From Lama guanicoe (Eukaryota): a stretch of DNA of 64,000 bases. The notes under the pieces were generated by a model. The model did no database searches, had not been told where the DNA came from, and saw only the letters and a program-made list of their open reading frames with translations. Below are positions 52,150 through 64,000 of the stretch, piece after piece. A program made the position numbers and the translations under genes. Each line of letters starts with the position of its first letter. Position 1 is the first letter of the stretch. Location: positions 5,095,757 through 5,159,756 of the forward strand of contig MU054187.1 in the NCBI GenBank assembly GCA_013239625.1. The letters run 5' to 3'.

Positions 52150-52345
52150 GATGATACAGTTGGGTCTGTGTTTTAGTGTTAGCCCAGTTTTCCACCTAGT
52201 TCCTTAGCCTGTTTCCTCATCTGTAAATTGAAGTTAATGATACTATCTCTCTTATATGTTTGTTACAAAAACGTAATTCATGTAGCACATTCAGCACAAG
52301 GCTTCACATGTGCCTGGTATATGATATCAATAAGTGTTGTTGTCA
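52150..52345 (+). mobile_element. MIR nested in L2
   Basis: gcctgtttcctcatctgtaaattgaagttaatgatactatct...catgtagcacattcagcaca...gtgcctggtatatgatatcaataagtgtt. Confidence 0.85.
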
Positions 52346-52496
52346 CGTTGGAAATGATTTTCTTTCTCCGGCACTGACATCCAACCAATCGTCCACATCT
52401 GATTTTCCCTCTTGTACACATCACAAATCTTTCCACTACTCTCTGCCATGTTATATCAATGCTGCCCCTTCATTCTCCCTTCATCTCCAACTAGAT

Positions 52497-52621
52497 CAGT
52501 GGTGTTCCAAATTTCTTCCAAGAAGTCCTAAGAATCCTCTTTTTCAATCTCCTGTATTTATTAAACTTCAGTGTACCCATTTTTTTAAGCTTTTGCTGCA
52601 ATAAAAAGTTGGAAAACTATC
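52497..52621. mobile_element. Short hAT-type DNA element nested in L2
   Basis: Terminal-inverted-repeat-like ends cagtggtgttccaaa ... ttggaaaactat, preceded by a ctaga-type target sequence typical of hAT/Charlie insertions. Confidence 0.6.
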
Positions 52622-54249
52622 AGTCTGATGAATTCCTAATTGGTATTCCTGCTTTCCATCCTGTCTTTACAAATCCATTCACTGCACTAAAGCCAGAGTA
52701 ATCTCTCTACTGTCTACACCTGACAGGTCACTGCCTCAATAAAACCTTTAAATGGTTTCTTAAAAACATCAACAAATAGATGCCAAGCTCTTTAAAATAA
52801 CTCGTGGGGCCACAGTCTCACCCCAGCCCCAATCCCTTTTGTTCTAGCAAAACCAGTCTGCAAGCAGCTCCCCAGAGGCTCAGGATGATTCACACCCCAC
52901 CTTGATTTATGCTGGCCCTTTGATCTGTGAAACCCTTCCCACCTTTCACTCAGTTAATTCTTACAGGAATCTTCATTTTCCACCATCTTCTCCAGGAAGT
53001 GTTCTTTGAAGTCCAGGCTGGACTCGGGGCGGCCTCCCTTTGTCCTCCCTGTGCATTGTTCTGCTTTAGCGCCTTGTCATGACCTATTTGTGTGTCCTTC
53101 TGCCCTAGTAGACGGTGAGTTTTTCAGGACAATGACTGTATCCCATTTACTCTGAACTCCCCATGCCTAGATCAGAATGAGTGCACTGGATATGTTGTTC
53201 TGACATAAACTGTGTGTTCCTGGAAAGCAACAGGGTATAGCAGAAAGAGCATTGGACAGGATTGGCAAACAGATGGTGAGCTGGGTACCAAAACCAATGT
53301 GTACTGCATCTATAAGTAGAAGGGGAGGCTACCTGAGCTGAGCAGGAGAAGTCAGAAGACCTAACAGCGCCTCCTCCACGGGCGTGGGATGAAGTCGTGG
53401 TAGACTTTCTGCAGTTGAGAACCTTCTGTCCTTCCTACATAGGCTCCGAGATGACAGCCTCCTTCTGATTCTGGCTTTGTCACTTACTGGCTGCCACTCA
53501 TTTATTATGCCTGAGCTTCATCTCCCTCTAACAGTGTCCACTCTCCATCACAGTTGCTAAGAAATGATGTGGGTAAAAGCATTCACAGAAGTTTAAGGTC
53601 CTTGAACTGGGTCTTCTTCTTATCTTAATTCCCAGTAGAATCAAGCAAAGGTGGTAAGTGCTCAGTTAACATCCACCGAGTGATTATTAGGTACTTTGTT
53701 CTGTCTCGACATAGCCTAGGTGCTGGAGTACTTCACTTCCATTCGAAATATTTCAGTTGCTAAAAATGTTTTTGAGCCAACTCTTGTGAATGTTGTTACT
53801 TCAAAAATGTTTCCTTAATGCCTGGTAAAATAATTAAATATTTACAACTATGGCTGTACCTTTGTAAAGGGGGAAATACCCTTCTAGAAAATGTACAGCA
53901 TCTTTTCTTCCTGCTGTACGGTATAAACTTTCTCGCTTATTTGCACTTGCCACTGGGGTCTGCTTGATTGAAAATGCATTCTTGCTTCTGTATATATGGT
54001 CTTAATTAAATAGGAGAGTTACTTGGTGACTTGAGTATCTTAGCTACGTATCCTATTTTTTCCCAAATCATTCAACCTTTAAAAACAGCTCAGGAGGAAT
54101 CAACTATAGACTTGATCAATTTTTATTGGTCTGTGGGTATGTACCAAAAACAAAGTTTCCTGCGGAGAGTGTCACATCCTTTGCATTTACTTTTAGGCTT
54201 ATTACACTGAACAAGACAAATAATTGCTTGTAACATCAAAATCTCAAAT

Positions 54250-54575
54250 GAGTGATGGAAAAATTATTCACTGAGAAATTATGATAAGCAAACTAAAACA
54301 CAAAACAACAGAGCATGATTCCAATTTGGTTAAAAATTACATGCTTTACAGATTCTGTAATACTCAATATATATTAAATATACCTCTCCTAATAAAAACA
54401 TTTATGCTTAAATAAAAATAGGAAAACCATGGAAAGATACACACTAAACTGTCAGCAGAGCTTATTTCTTGAAGTAGAACTGGAGGGGTATGTGGGAATG
54501 TTTTGACCTTTTATTTTGTTTACTTCTGTATAATTTATAATATAAATGCAAAAATGAGTATTCTAATTATTACAT
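54250..54575 (+). mobile_element. Old L1 (L1ME-type) 3' end
   Basis: agcatgattccaatttggttaaaaa...tggaaagatacacactaaactgtcagcagagcttatttctt...ttttattttgtttacttctgtata resembles the L1ME 3' UTR. Confidence 0.7.
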
Positions 54576-55689
54576 AATTATTGGGTTTGAAAGATTTATA
54601 ATAATAATTGAGTTTTAATTATTATTATGACCAATAATAATAACTGAGTTTGGAAGACTTTGTAATTAAAATTTTTTAAAAAGACAAACCAATAATTGGC
54701 ATGAGTCACAGCGTTGGAGAATTTCTGAAGCGGTGCAGAATTTGGAAGTAAACACACAGACTGTACTTTTAACAGGTCTGACATCTCTGAAGAATGAGCA
54801 GTATTCCTCAAAGTTTCTAAGTCCCCAAGGAGGTATACACTTTCATGGACAACTCTATAAGGGAAACACAGATTTTAGTCACCTTTCATCCTGGTTTCTA
54901 AGAAAGGACACTCAAAGAGCCTTTTTGTCTTACTGATGTCACTATATCTGGTAGCAGCACAAAAAAGTCTGCTACACTATATCACAAAATAGTAGTACAA
55001 GTGAAGATGAGATAATGATGTCTTTTCCTAATATCTGAACACCATCATTCAACATTTACTAACGTTTGCATTTCTTTTACAACAGCACCATCACTAACTT
55101 ATATCCTCATTATGCAAATGTCTCATACAGCTTACAATGTTATAAGAGCCCAAGGGCAGGAATTATATCTGATCATATTTGTATGTTCCATGGTTTTATT
55201 AATTTTTGTTGAGTTAAGTAATTGAGGTCACTCGTTTTAGGACATAATTTGATTTGGCAATGAGATGCATAAAGAAAATATTTACCTCGAAAGGCGTATT
55301 TTTTTAGCTTTCCATAGAAATTTCAGAGACATGTTCTGCCCATATCCCAGCATATTAAAAAAAATGCACTTAAGATACCTAGTAGTCACTTCAAGGGGAG
55401 CTTTCCTGCATTGTCAGTGCTGACCTGGTGTGCATTTAGTTCTCTCAAGAATACCTGAAAAGTCGCAGTAAAAATAACAAAAGAAAAGCAGAGTCCTGCA
55501 CATTCTTAAAAACCAGACTTCTATAAGGTGAAATAAATTAGCCTTTCCTTGGGTGTTCTTCCTGAGCCAAGGATCTAAATGTTTAGGCAGACACGCTGGT
55601 TATCTCCTTGCTTCAAGGATTGAACAGGATCCACGGACCGTTGGACCGATGTGTGGAGATGGATTCGCATCAGCCCACTCAATAGGATA

Positions 55690-55860
55690 TTCCCATTCGG
55701 TCATTTTCTAGCCACACGGTTTTAAGTAATTCACTTGAATGCTCTGAACCTCAGCTTCCTTTGCTGTGTAACAGATATCCAAACACCCCACTCCCTCTAC
55801 CCAACATACTGTTATACATTTAAAATATATGTACAAATGCCCGGAAAGCAGTAAGGGAGA
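55690..55860 (+). mobile_element. MIR SINE fragment
   Basis: ctagccacacggttttaagtaattcacttgaatgctctgaacctcagcttcctttgctgtgtaac. Confidence 0.6.
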
Positions 55861-56959
55861 ATACCAATTACAGATAATTGCTCATTATCAAATTACTTTA
55901 AAAGTATAAACGGAATGCTTTCACACTCATATTACCACCCGGTGAAATGGACTAACATGGTTTTTTAAGTGACTTTAATTAGTTTAATTTTCTCACACCC
56001 ATTAGCACTCCTAATATTAGTAGCATGAAGAGCTTTTGTTCAGTCCCTAATACTCAGGTCATTACTAACCCTTCTTAACTTCCTTGTACTTTGTTCACTT
56101 TTCACCAACTTCAAACCAAAGCTAAAAGTCATAGCAAACCCAGAGAGGGCGCACCTCCCACTTAAAAGTGAGCGCCTCTCGCCTTGTATGAGCTGTAGTA
56201 GTCAAGCTGTGCCAGTGAAACCCAGATGGGCTATAATATCTCAGAAGTAGTTCTCCAATCTCCATAGAGGAAAAAAAAACCAAAACATCACTAGAGGCAC
56301 ACAGGATGGTAGGAGGGACGTTCTGTTGACTCGTGGCTGTGTGAACACCTCCGGGGGCCACCGCCGGGCACACACGGGGAAGAACCAGCTGAAGTGTGCT
56401 GCTGGGGACTGCATCATATCTTTCAGCAAAAGGCCTCCTTTTCTCTCCATCTGGTGCCCAACTGGTGTGTCCGGTGTACACATCTAGAGGCATCTTGGGT
56501 TGGAACTTCTGTGACATTTCTTGGGGCCTCAAGTGTCAGTTCCTTAAGGTGATAAATTCATCCAAGCTAAGTGTATGGAGGGAATGAGGCTGGAAGGTGA
56601 GCCCAGGTGAGATGTGCATTTTCCTGTGGGCTACTTTAGCCCATATGTCAGTTTTTGTTCTGGGACTCATCCTTGAGTGAAGGTGCCTAGAGCCACGTGT
56701 GGGGGATCACCTGGGGCTCGGGAGGCCTTCTGGAACCTTCAGGTCAGGTGACCCTAAAGTTATGCCATCTCTGGGGAAGTTCTGACCACTGGACTAAGAT
56801 AATAACCTTAACAGCCACGGGTGGGATCTTACAACAGTGCCACCCACTTCAGTCTGAGGAACTCCCAGGAAGACCAGTTAATGAGTTTCGGGAGTGTTTA
56901 TAGAGAGTGTGAGGCCCTGGCGCCGTGCTGATGCAGCCAGAGCAAGTTTTACAGCCGCA

Positions 56960-57125
56960 GCAGCAACCATGAACACTTTTGTACTGGGCAGCCGGGGTGC
57001 TGTTTTATACAATCTCTACCATGAACCCTATAAAGGAAACAGTAGTATTGTTTCCATTTTGCAGATGAGAACACTGAGGCACAGAGAAGAAAAGACATTT
57101 GCCCCAAGTGTCCCCTGATGCCGCT
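56960..57125 (-). mobile_element. MIR SINE fragment
   Basis: aaccctataaaggaaacagtagtattgtttccattttgcagatgagaacactgaggcacagagaag...atttgccccaagtgtc. Confidence 0.85.
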
Positions 57126-60100
57126 AAAAGCTCCATACAGAGGATCCTGTCTTATCGGGGCACGTTCTACACCAGAACTGCTGGGAAAAGCCATGAATGT
57201 CATTTAAATAAGTCAGCAGTCAGTACTCAATTTCTGCTGTGGCTTTGACTACGCATAGCTAGGTAGTTCGGTATAGAAGGCTCCAGGGCTTTCTTGAGGA
57301 ACTGAAAATCAACTAATTAAAAGGTTTTAAAATGGATAAACATTATGTGACATGAACCTATGATTTTACGATTGCAGGTAGAAGATGGAAAAGCACCCAT
57401 GAGTGAAAGCCGGAGAGAAAGGCCCGCGACCTCCTGGGTGCCTGAGAGAGTGCTGGTGGCCAGGCTCAAGGTCACAAAGGATGAGCCAGTGCGGAGTAAG
57501 AGGGCCATGGAAAATTCTTGCTCCAATTTCCTGAAACTTTGTTTATAAGGCATTGACCCATTAATTTCTTTAAGTACAAGTGTCAGAATCTTCTAGAACA
57601 TGTACTTTAAGAACGACTGAAAATCTAGCCCTAAGAATACATTTTCTCTTTTATGTTATTCTCTCTACATTTTTAATTTTTTAATATGAACTCTGTCTTT
57701 TTTTCCAAACTCAAAAAACTTCTTGAAGTCCGGAACTTTGCTGTCTTGAATCCTGCTGATATTATATTTGCTAAAGATAGATAAGATGATATATCATATA
57801 ATAATATGTCATATAGTATCTATCATATAATATCATATCTACCATAATTAAATAGATATATTTGCAGGCTGATAGAGGACAGGCCCATTTGGAAAGCCTA
57901 CACTCTCTCTACTTAAAATAGGGCCTTTCAAGGTGCCTGGAACAGCAATTTTCCTAATAAGAATCCTGAAGTAAGGATCGTAATAAACCCGCAGGAGTGG
58001 GCAGAAGACACCTGAATATGGACGTGTGGCTCGCTTGTTCAGGCTGCGCTAAACCGCTAGGTTCTTCCCAGCTTGCTGGGACTCCCTGACTTCCGATTCT
58101 CAGACCCCTTTCCTAACTTAGCCTGCTGAGCACGATGAAACATCAGGGAAACATTTCACCATTTGCCGCTTTAACAGACTCAAGTCGCCACTGAGCCAAA
58201 ACGGTTCAGTTTTTAAAAGTGACCTCAATCTTAAAAAGCGACGCTGTCCATTAAGATGTTAAGATGGAACTGGTTAAAGCCACGTTCAAGGTCTGTTGTG
58301 AAGATCTGCTCCTGGGAAACAAACTGGGCTGTGCTGTGGGGGCATTAAACTGATCGGGTTATAATGGATCCTAGTGGTGTGTAATGAATGACAGCACCAT
58401 TAAAGCTTTTATATTTGGCGTCTGGAATAGAGAGGCCTCTGGTTGCTTTTAGCCTTAGGACCTCTTGCTATTATAGAATTTACTATTTAACAAATCGGTG
58501 GACACCCCTGATTTTTGGGGCAGGAAAAAATAGTGGAGGCGATCGAACCCCTTTGCTTTAGAGAAAAGAGGAGAAGTCGGTAACTTGTCCCCCATCGTGC
58601 GGTTGGGTCTGTAATTGGCATCTAAGTCCTGGGATTCCCTCTCCATCTTCTCTCTCTCACACGAAGCCACAAATAGACCATTTAATCCACTGATTTCATT
58701 CCCGTTACTAATCATCAGAAATAAGTAGGAGGGTCACCTGGAAGACAGACGCCAAATGGTTTAGTACCGAATTAATGAACAATTATGTGTTTCAAAAAGT
58801 ATATTGAGAAATATAATCACTGAATAAAACTGAGGCATGTAATCAATTATCTGAATATTCCTGAACATTTGACATCATAGACTTATATGAACACACATAC
58901 CCAGAGGGTATTAGCGTTTGGCTCAAATCTGCCTAATTCTTCAAAGGGGGAAGCAATCACTCCATGTTGGCATTTGACAGCAGGGAACACATAAGGTGAT
59001 CATATTTTAACAATTTCTTATTATATATATTTTAAATGTCACCTTTATAAAAGATGGCCTAATATGTAGTTGTTCTAATGTAAGTACAGTTTGGGAGTGA
59101 AATAAAATGGTAAGGAAAAAATTAACTAAAGAGGGTAACAGACTGTACCATATGGCTCTCAAAGTCAACCAGATCTCTTTTTGGAAGACTCTCAAAGACC
59201 CTAAGAACTGGCTGTTTTTTAAAGGAGAACATTTCTCTTTGTAATGTAAAAGCACAGTTCTTGATTTTGTTATTCAGTGTAACTGTTTCTGAATATATGG
59301 CAGTCCAGTTTCCATTTAAAGACAGGGAGTAGAGTTGTGTCTCTTTTTTTTCCCTCATAAAATGCAATTATGGAGAAAAGAGCCTTTGAGTGAATTATCT
59401 GAAGTACAAAATCTTAAACAGCCTCTCCCAGGGAAAAGGAGCTCTACCATCAGGCGACACGACGCTCCGGGTCCCATGGCCACAAACACACACTGTTACT
59501 GCTGTGCTGTTTTCATTTCTTTTTCTCTTTGACAAAGGCCACAAATAAATATCCGACATCCTAAAACACACATGCCTAATTCTGCAAGCTGTTATAATGA
59601 AGTCCTTTGAATTATTATAAATGCTTGAACATTAAAAATTCATCAGCAAGGAGAGAGAGGTGCTTTCTATTTGTGGTGCTGAATTTAAACACAAGCACGA
59701 AGAATGGCTGATTGTCCTGAGAAAGCACTGCTGACAGCCATCAGCAGGTCTGTGCAAATGGTGTATGGAAAAGGTAATAAGAGCCTCTGGAGTATATTTC
59801 AACCCATATAATAAAGTAATTGTGAAAGTGTAATTGCAGTCTGGTTCCATACCTTATTAGGGTACGGAGTGAGATGGTAAGAAAAGAGGAGGTTCACAGA
59901 ATTATTTTGTAAGCAATTTTGCAATGACTGTCTCCCAGAATATGCAGAATTTGTCAGAAGCAGCATTTTAAGATATACAGTGGTGTTTGCCTTTTGAAGT
60001 CCATTACAATGAACCTGAACAAAATGAACACTGATTCTCTTCCCATTTAAAAAATACCCTGAACTTATGAACAACTTCAAATATGAAAGTTTTATTGGCT

Positions 60101-60519
60101 AATACTCCGCAATTGATTTCAGCCCATGAAAGCATTAAAAACAAAAAAAGAATTCAGCATAAGCCCCTTTACTTCTGAATGCCATCTAGAGTTTACATTT
60201 CCAAAGATGTACATATTTGCGCGATTAGAATTTCAATTTTAAAAAATTCATTCCTTGGGTGAAGTCATGAACAATCACTGTTGGCTTAAGTTACCAAGTC
60301 AGAGTATCCCGCAGGCTATCAGGTGCTCTCAGGGAGGGACTCGAGAAACGGCGAGGACTGTGGGGCCTACTCTCAGCCACACCATCTCGATTAAAACATA
60401 AAAAAAGGCAAAGGGGCAGGGAAGGGAGATTCAGGAAGGAACACAGAGCTTCACGTTAACAGCGTTTAGGTCCAATATGAAAGTTGTCCATTTGATTCTC
60501 ACTTCACCCATCTTCTATT

Positions 60520-60655
60520 AATAGGATTATTTATATCCCATCTAAGATTACCTCTGTAAGTGCACAATTCTATTTTTCTGTTTCTATCCTACCACTTAGC
60601 ACAGTTCCTGGTGCATAGTAACCACTCAGAAAATATTTAATGAATAAATTAACCA
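60520..60655 (+). mobile_element. LINE-2 extreme 3' end
   Basis: cttagcacagttcctggtgcatagtaaccactcagaaaatatttaatgaataaat. Confidence 0.7.
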
Positions 60656-62175
60656 ATATTTGCAAATGCCACACAGCAAAACCTGGGTCTATAGACACCC
60701 CGCGTCAGGGGCTCCCACACCCATGGAGAAATAGGCAATGGGATCAAATGTAAGGAATCTGCTTCTCCTTTTCATTAATTTTTTGTTCCACTTTTACGGG
60801 ACCTTGCAAATAAATGTAGACATATATATTCAGCATTCATTCCCTTGGCCTGCCATTTCAGATAAAACTTCAAAAGATGTTAAGCATGGGAAAAGCTCCT
60901 TGATTTGGGTAAAGGAAAAATCTAAAATGCTCATCTGCCTAAATGAAGTTTCTAGAAGAAAATACCCATTTTTGTCATCAAAGGGGATGGCCATTATTTA
61001 CGCACGCCTGACCTGTTTACAAAGAGCTCACTTCAAGAAATAGGTTAAGACTTCAATGAAGTCAAGGGAAACAAAAAACCAAGCCTGATTTAACATCACG
61101 CTGTGGACATGGAATAGATGGGCATTTGTAAGAAAGTCTAGAGTATAGACCTAAATTCTATCCATGCGGCCCTGCGTAACCACAACTACTGTTCTCCCAA
61201 GACAGTCAGTCCCCTGAAGTGTGTGCTAATGACAGCGGCGAAGGCAGGAGAGGATGGCTGCCCAGAGACCGAGCCATTTTGAGCAGGTGAGGGTGTAGGA
61301 AGAAGAGCATCAGAGTCATCAAAGAAGGTTAGTGTAAAGTAGTCTTGAAAATTATGTCAATAACCTTACAAATTATGTCTGTCTGTGGTGGAAGGAAGGG
61401 AGGAAAGGAAGGAAGGTGGGAGGGCAGGAACCCAAACCTCAGCCATCGATCCCGTTACAGGCCTCCCTCTGTCCTACACCTGCCCCCATCCACCTCCAAA
61501 CCACCAGCATAACCATTTCTCTTCTTCATGAGACTTTCCTATTCTTGGCTTTTCCAAATTCTTCTCAGGTTAGATCATCTACTAATGTCTAACAACCTGA
61601 TACCACTCTTGACCACGTTTCCCATCACAAAGCATCGTCACGTTTTACCAGTGACTCCGGGATTTTTCTCTTCCACCTACACATGGGCTATTTGACATCC
61701 TCCCTTCTTGGCCACTCTCTCTCTTTTAGCATAATGTCACTATGTCCACGGTCCCAGCAATTATTGAGCCCAAGCTATGCAATCTTCCATTTTAAACTCA
61801 GATCGAGCACACTGTCAGGCTTTTTTATCAAAAGCAGAATTAGTGAAAGTCAGGGGGAGAACAAGAGTGAACAGAATGTTCCGATCTCTGTGGGAGATGA
61901 CCTAGCAAAAGCAACTCCTGCAAGGCCTCCAATCTATTTCTTAAGGACAGAAGACCGTTCTGTTATTTCATGCTTCTCAAACTCATACCCCTAGGAGCAA
62001 GGAGCAATATGCCAAAGCAGCAGAACTTCACAATAACATGGACTATGTTCCTGGAACTTAAGAGTGGGCCCCATTGTAGGTCCTTAAAAGTATTATATTT
62101 ACATGAAGACAGACAGGGATGTGTTATGAGAAATATTATAAAATCTACATATTTCTTAAAGATGAAACGTCATCC

Positions 62176-62408
62176 CTTAGCAGGAGTTTAGGATTAATAA
62201 TACATACTCCTATATATAAAACAGATAAACAACAAGGTCCTACTGTATAGCATAGGGAACTATATTCAATATCTTGTGATAACCTATAATGGAAAAGAAT
62301 CTGAAAAAGAATACATATATATATGTATAACTGAATTACTTTTTACACCTGAAACTAACACAACACTGTACATCAACTATTCTTCAATAAAAATAAATTT
62401 AAAACAAA
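62176..62408 (+). mobile_element. 5'-truncated cetartiodactyl-type L1 3' UTR with 12-bp TSD
   Basis: tatatataaaacagataaacaacaaggtcctactgtatagcatagggaactatattcaatatcttgtgataacctataatggaaaagaatctgaaaaagaa...gaaactaacacaacactgtacatcaactat...aataaa plus an A-rich tail. Flanked by gaaacgtcatcc (62164-62175) and gaaatgtcatcc (62409-62420). Confidence 0.92.
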
Positions 62409-63499
62409 GAAATGTCATCCTTCTAAGACCCATGTAGACTGCAGAGACACTTCTGCGTTCTTCCTCCAGCCCCTCGGGGTGTGAGTCCATTAGGGCACCT
62501 TGGCAGAAAAATGTAGGGACCACTTAAAGATGGCGAGATACCTTTAAAACTCCCAGTAGACGTTTCTGAATACCTTTGGCCAGTTTACTGTATTTCCCCA
62601 ATTGACTAGTAATTGTATGTATATTTGTCACTGAACAAGAAATTCCAGCAAAGCAACTACTAATAACTTTGGAAGTTAAACTCAACAGGTGTATTTCTCA
62701 CTATACACAAAGCAAAGCATTCACATGAATAGCTAATGACTGGGCTTATCAATTTAAAAAAAAGAATTTGCAGCTGCCATGTGTCTCTCAAGAAGTCAGA
62801 TTTTAATATACCTCAACCTTCTGGTGGAAGTATGTAACCTCTAAAGCTTATTCGTCTATAATTTGAAGTCTTCAAAAAAAAAAAAATAGGTAACTAGCTG
62901 ATGGTTCACTTGGCTGTGGAACTCCCCCAGGCAGTCTTCTCTGGTTCATTCCCACAAGGGCTGAGAATTTAGCCCACTTACAAGAAGCGGTGTGACTCCC
63001 TCCCCAACTGCACGCAACCCATCTCTGTAACGTGAGGGTTACCTCCCTAACTTCCTAAGCAGTTCCTGGTCCTCTCAGAGTGAGCCCTCCTCCTTCATCG
63101 ATGCCCCATTCCTCACTACAGACACCTCAGTCTCACCCCTCCTCAGGCTGGCCCTTCAGACAGCCCATGACATCACACTTCCATCTATTTCCTCATTTTA
63201 CGTCTCTGGCAGTCTTTCACTGGAGAACTTAACTCATAATTAGTGTTGACATGTCTCTCAGATAATCGGAATTCTGTCGCTCAGTGTGTTTCCAGTTTTG
63301 CTCTCCAGAGCCAAATTTAATGTTTAATTATGGGGGTAAGAGCTGAGCTAAGAAATTCCCTGGCATCTCCTTTCCTGGCCATCATCTTCTGGGCTAGTGC
63401 AGAATTACTGGATGTGTTGTTTTTCTTAGTGGCCTCAAGTCATTTTGAAAACAGGCAGAAGTCTAAATAGTTCAAAAGTCCGGAGTAACTTTCCCCCTC

Positions 63500-63810
63500 C
63501 TCCTCTGTGCAATTTTTAAGGCTAACTAAAATGCCATTTCCTCCAGGAAGCCACCCAGATTTCCTGAACTTCAACCCATCAGTACGCCTCCTTCTCTACC
63601 TCCAGCGCTTTGACGACGGGCTCCATATCACATCACTTCTACTGGAGCTGTTATGGTTATTTGTGGTCCTCTCTTGGTTAGCCACATGGAGGCAGAGTTC
63701 AGGGCTTACTCAGCTCTGTGCCTCTCCCTGCACCCCCGAACACTCAGCACAAGGCTGTGTACACAATTGGTGTTCAGTAAATGCTCTTCAATTTCTAAAA
63801 ATGAATGACG
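63500..63810 (+). mobile_element. LINE-2 3' end
   Basis: aaatgccatttcctccaggaagcc...ggaggcagagttcaggg...ctcagcacaaggctgtgtacacaattggtgttcagtaaatgct...aatgaatga. Confidence 0.75.
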
Positions 63811-64000
63811 TGTGCCTTATTAACAAAGCCCAAACCTTCTTTAGAAGTGCATTCCAAAATTTTTAAAAAGTCCGTTTCTTTGGCTGGAATATTCTCATTT
63901 CATCCGTGTGCAAATATTTGTATGGGGACTGCACTAGAGTTCCCTGAAAATAAGAAGTTATAATGGAAACAGTGACACAGCCTTAAGTGAGGCAACTGAA

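Larger units (their letters stand above)
51680..53210 (+). mobile_element. LINE-2 with legible RT motifs and 3' end, carrying nested MIR and hAT insertions
   Basis: 51839-51883 reads SDFKTHHSIKTTFTK (L2 QSGFRPHHSTETALxK), 51981-52016 reads LGFSDTTLSWFS, and 52091-52120 reads GLPHDSILGH (GVPQGSVLGP). 3' motifs catcttctccaggaag and tagacggtgagtttttcaggacaatgactgtatc follow. Confidence 0.9.

Noticed and set aside
54573..54662. Three short degenerate copies of ataat(t/a)a(t/c)tg(g/a)gttt
   Set aside because: AT-rich slippage duplication at the tail of an old L1; no sign of function.
56138..56153. Partial CTCF-like motif (cccagagagggcgc); similar partial hits near 40201 and 49712
   Set aside because: Mismatches or a missing G in the core; cannot be supported without a PWM score or ChIP data.

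Overview
Mammalian, non-coding, repeat-rich genomic DNA, most likely from a camelid (inference). The evidence is a young tRNA-Ala(AGC)-derived SINE of the camelid Vic-1 type, a cetartiodactyl-type L1 3' end, and no recognisable Alu, Bov-A/Bov-tA or PRE-1 elements. I can support no protein-coding gene: the ORFs in the track are short, unrecognisable, or fall on repeats. The window holds many ancient eutherian repeats (LINE-2 with legible reverse-transcriptase motifs, MIR, old L1M fragments, hAT-type DNA elements, a MER31-like solo LTR), two younger insertions with target-site duplications, microsatellites and one CpG-rich minisatellite. Several repeat-free, homeodomain-motif-rich blocks look like conserved enhancers. 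All five recognisable L1 fragments lie on the + strand, consistent with (not proof of) a large intron of a minus-strand gene. The most interesting unexplained structures are a ~130-bp dispersed direct duplication (34266-34401 / 35679-35808), patches where ancient repeats appear rewritten toward G/C (possible GC-biased gene conversion footprints), the minisatellite near 50.1 kb, and a few exon-like segments. I found no convincing novel biological system. Repeat family names come from remembered consensus sequences, and boundaries are approximate unless a TSD or terminus is given.
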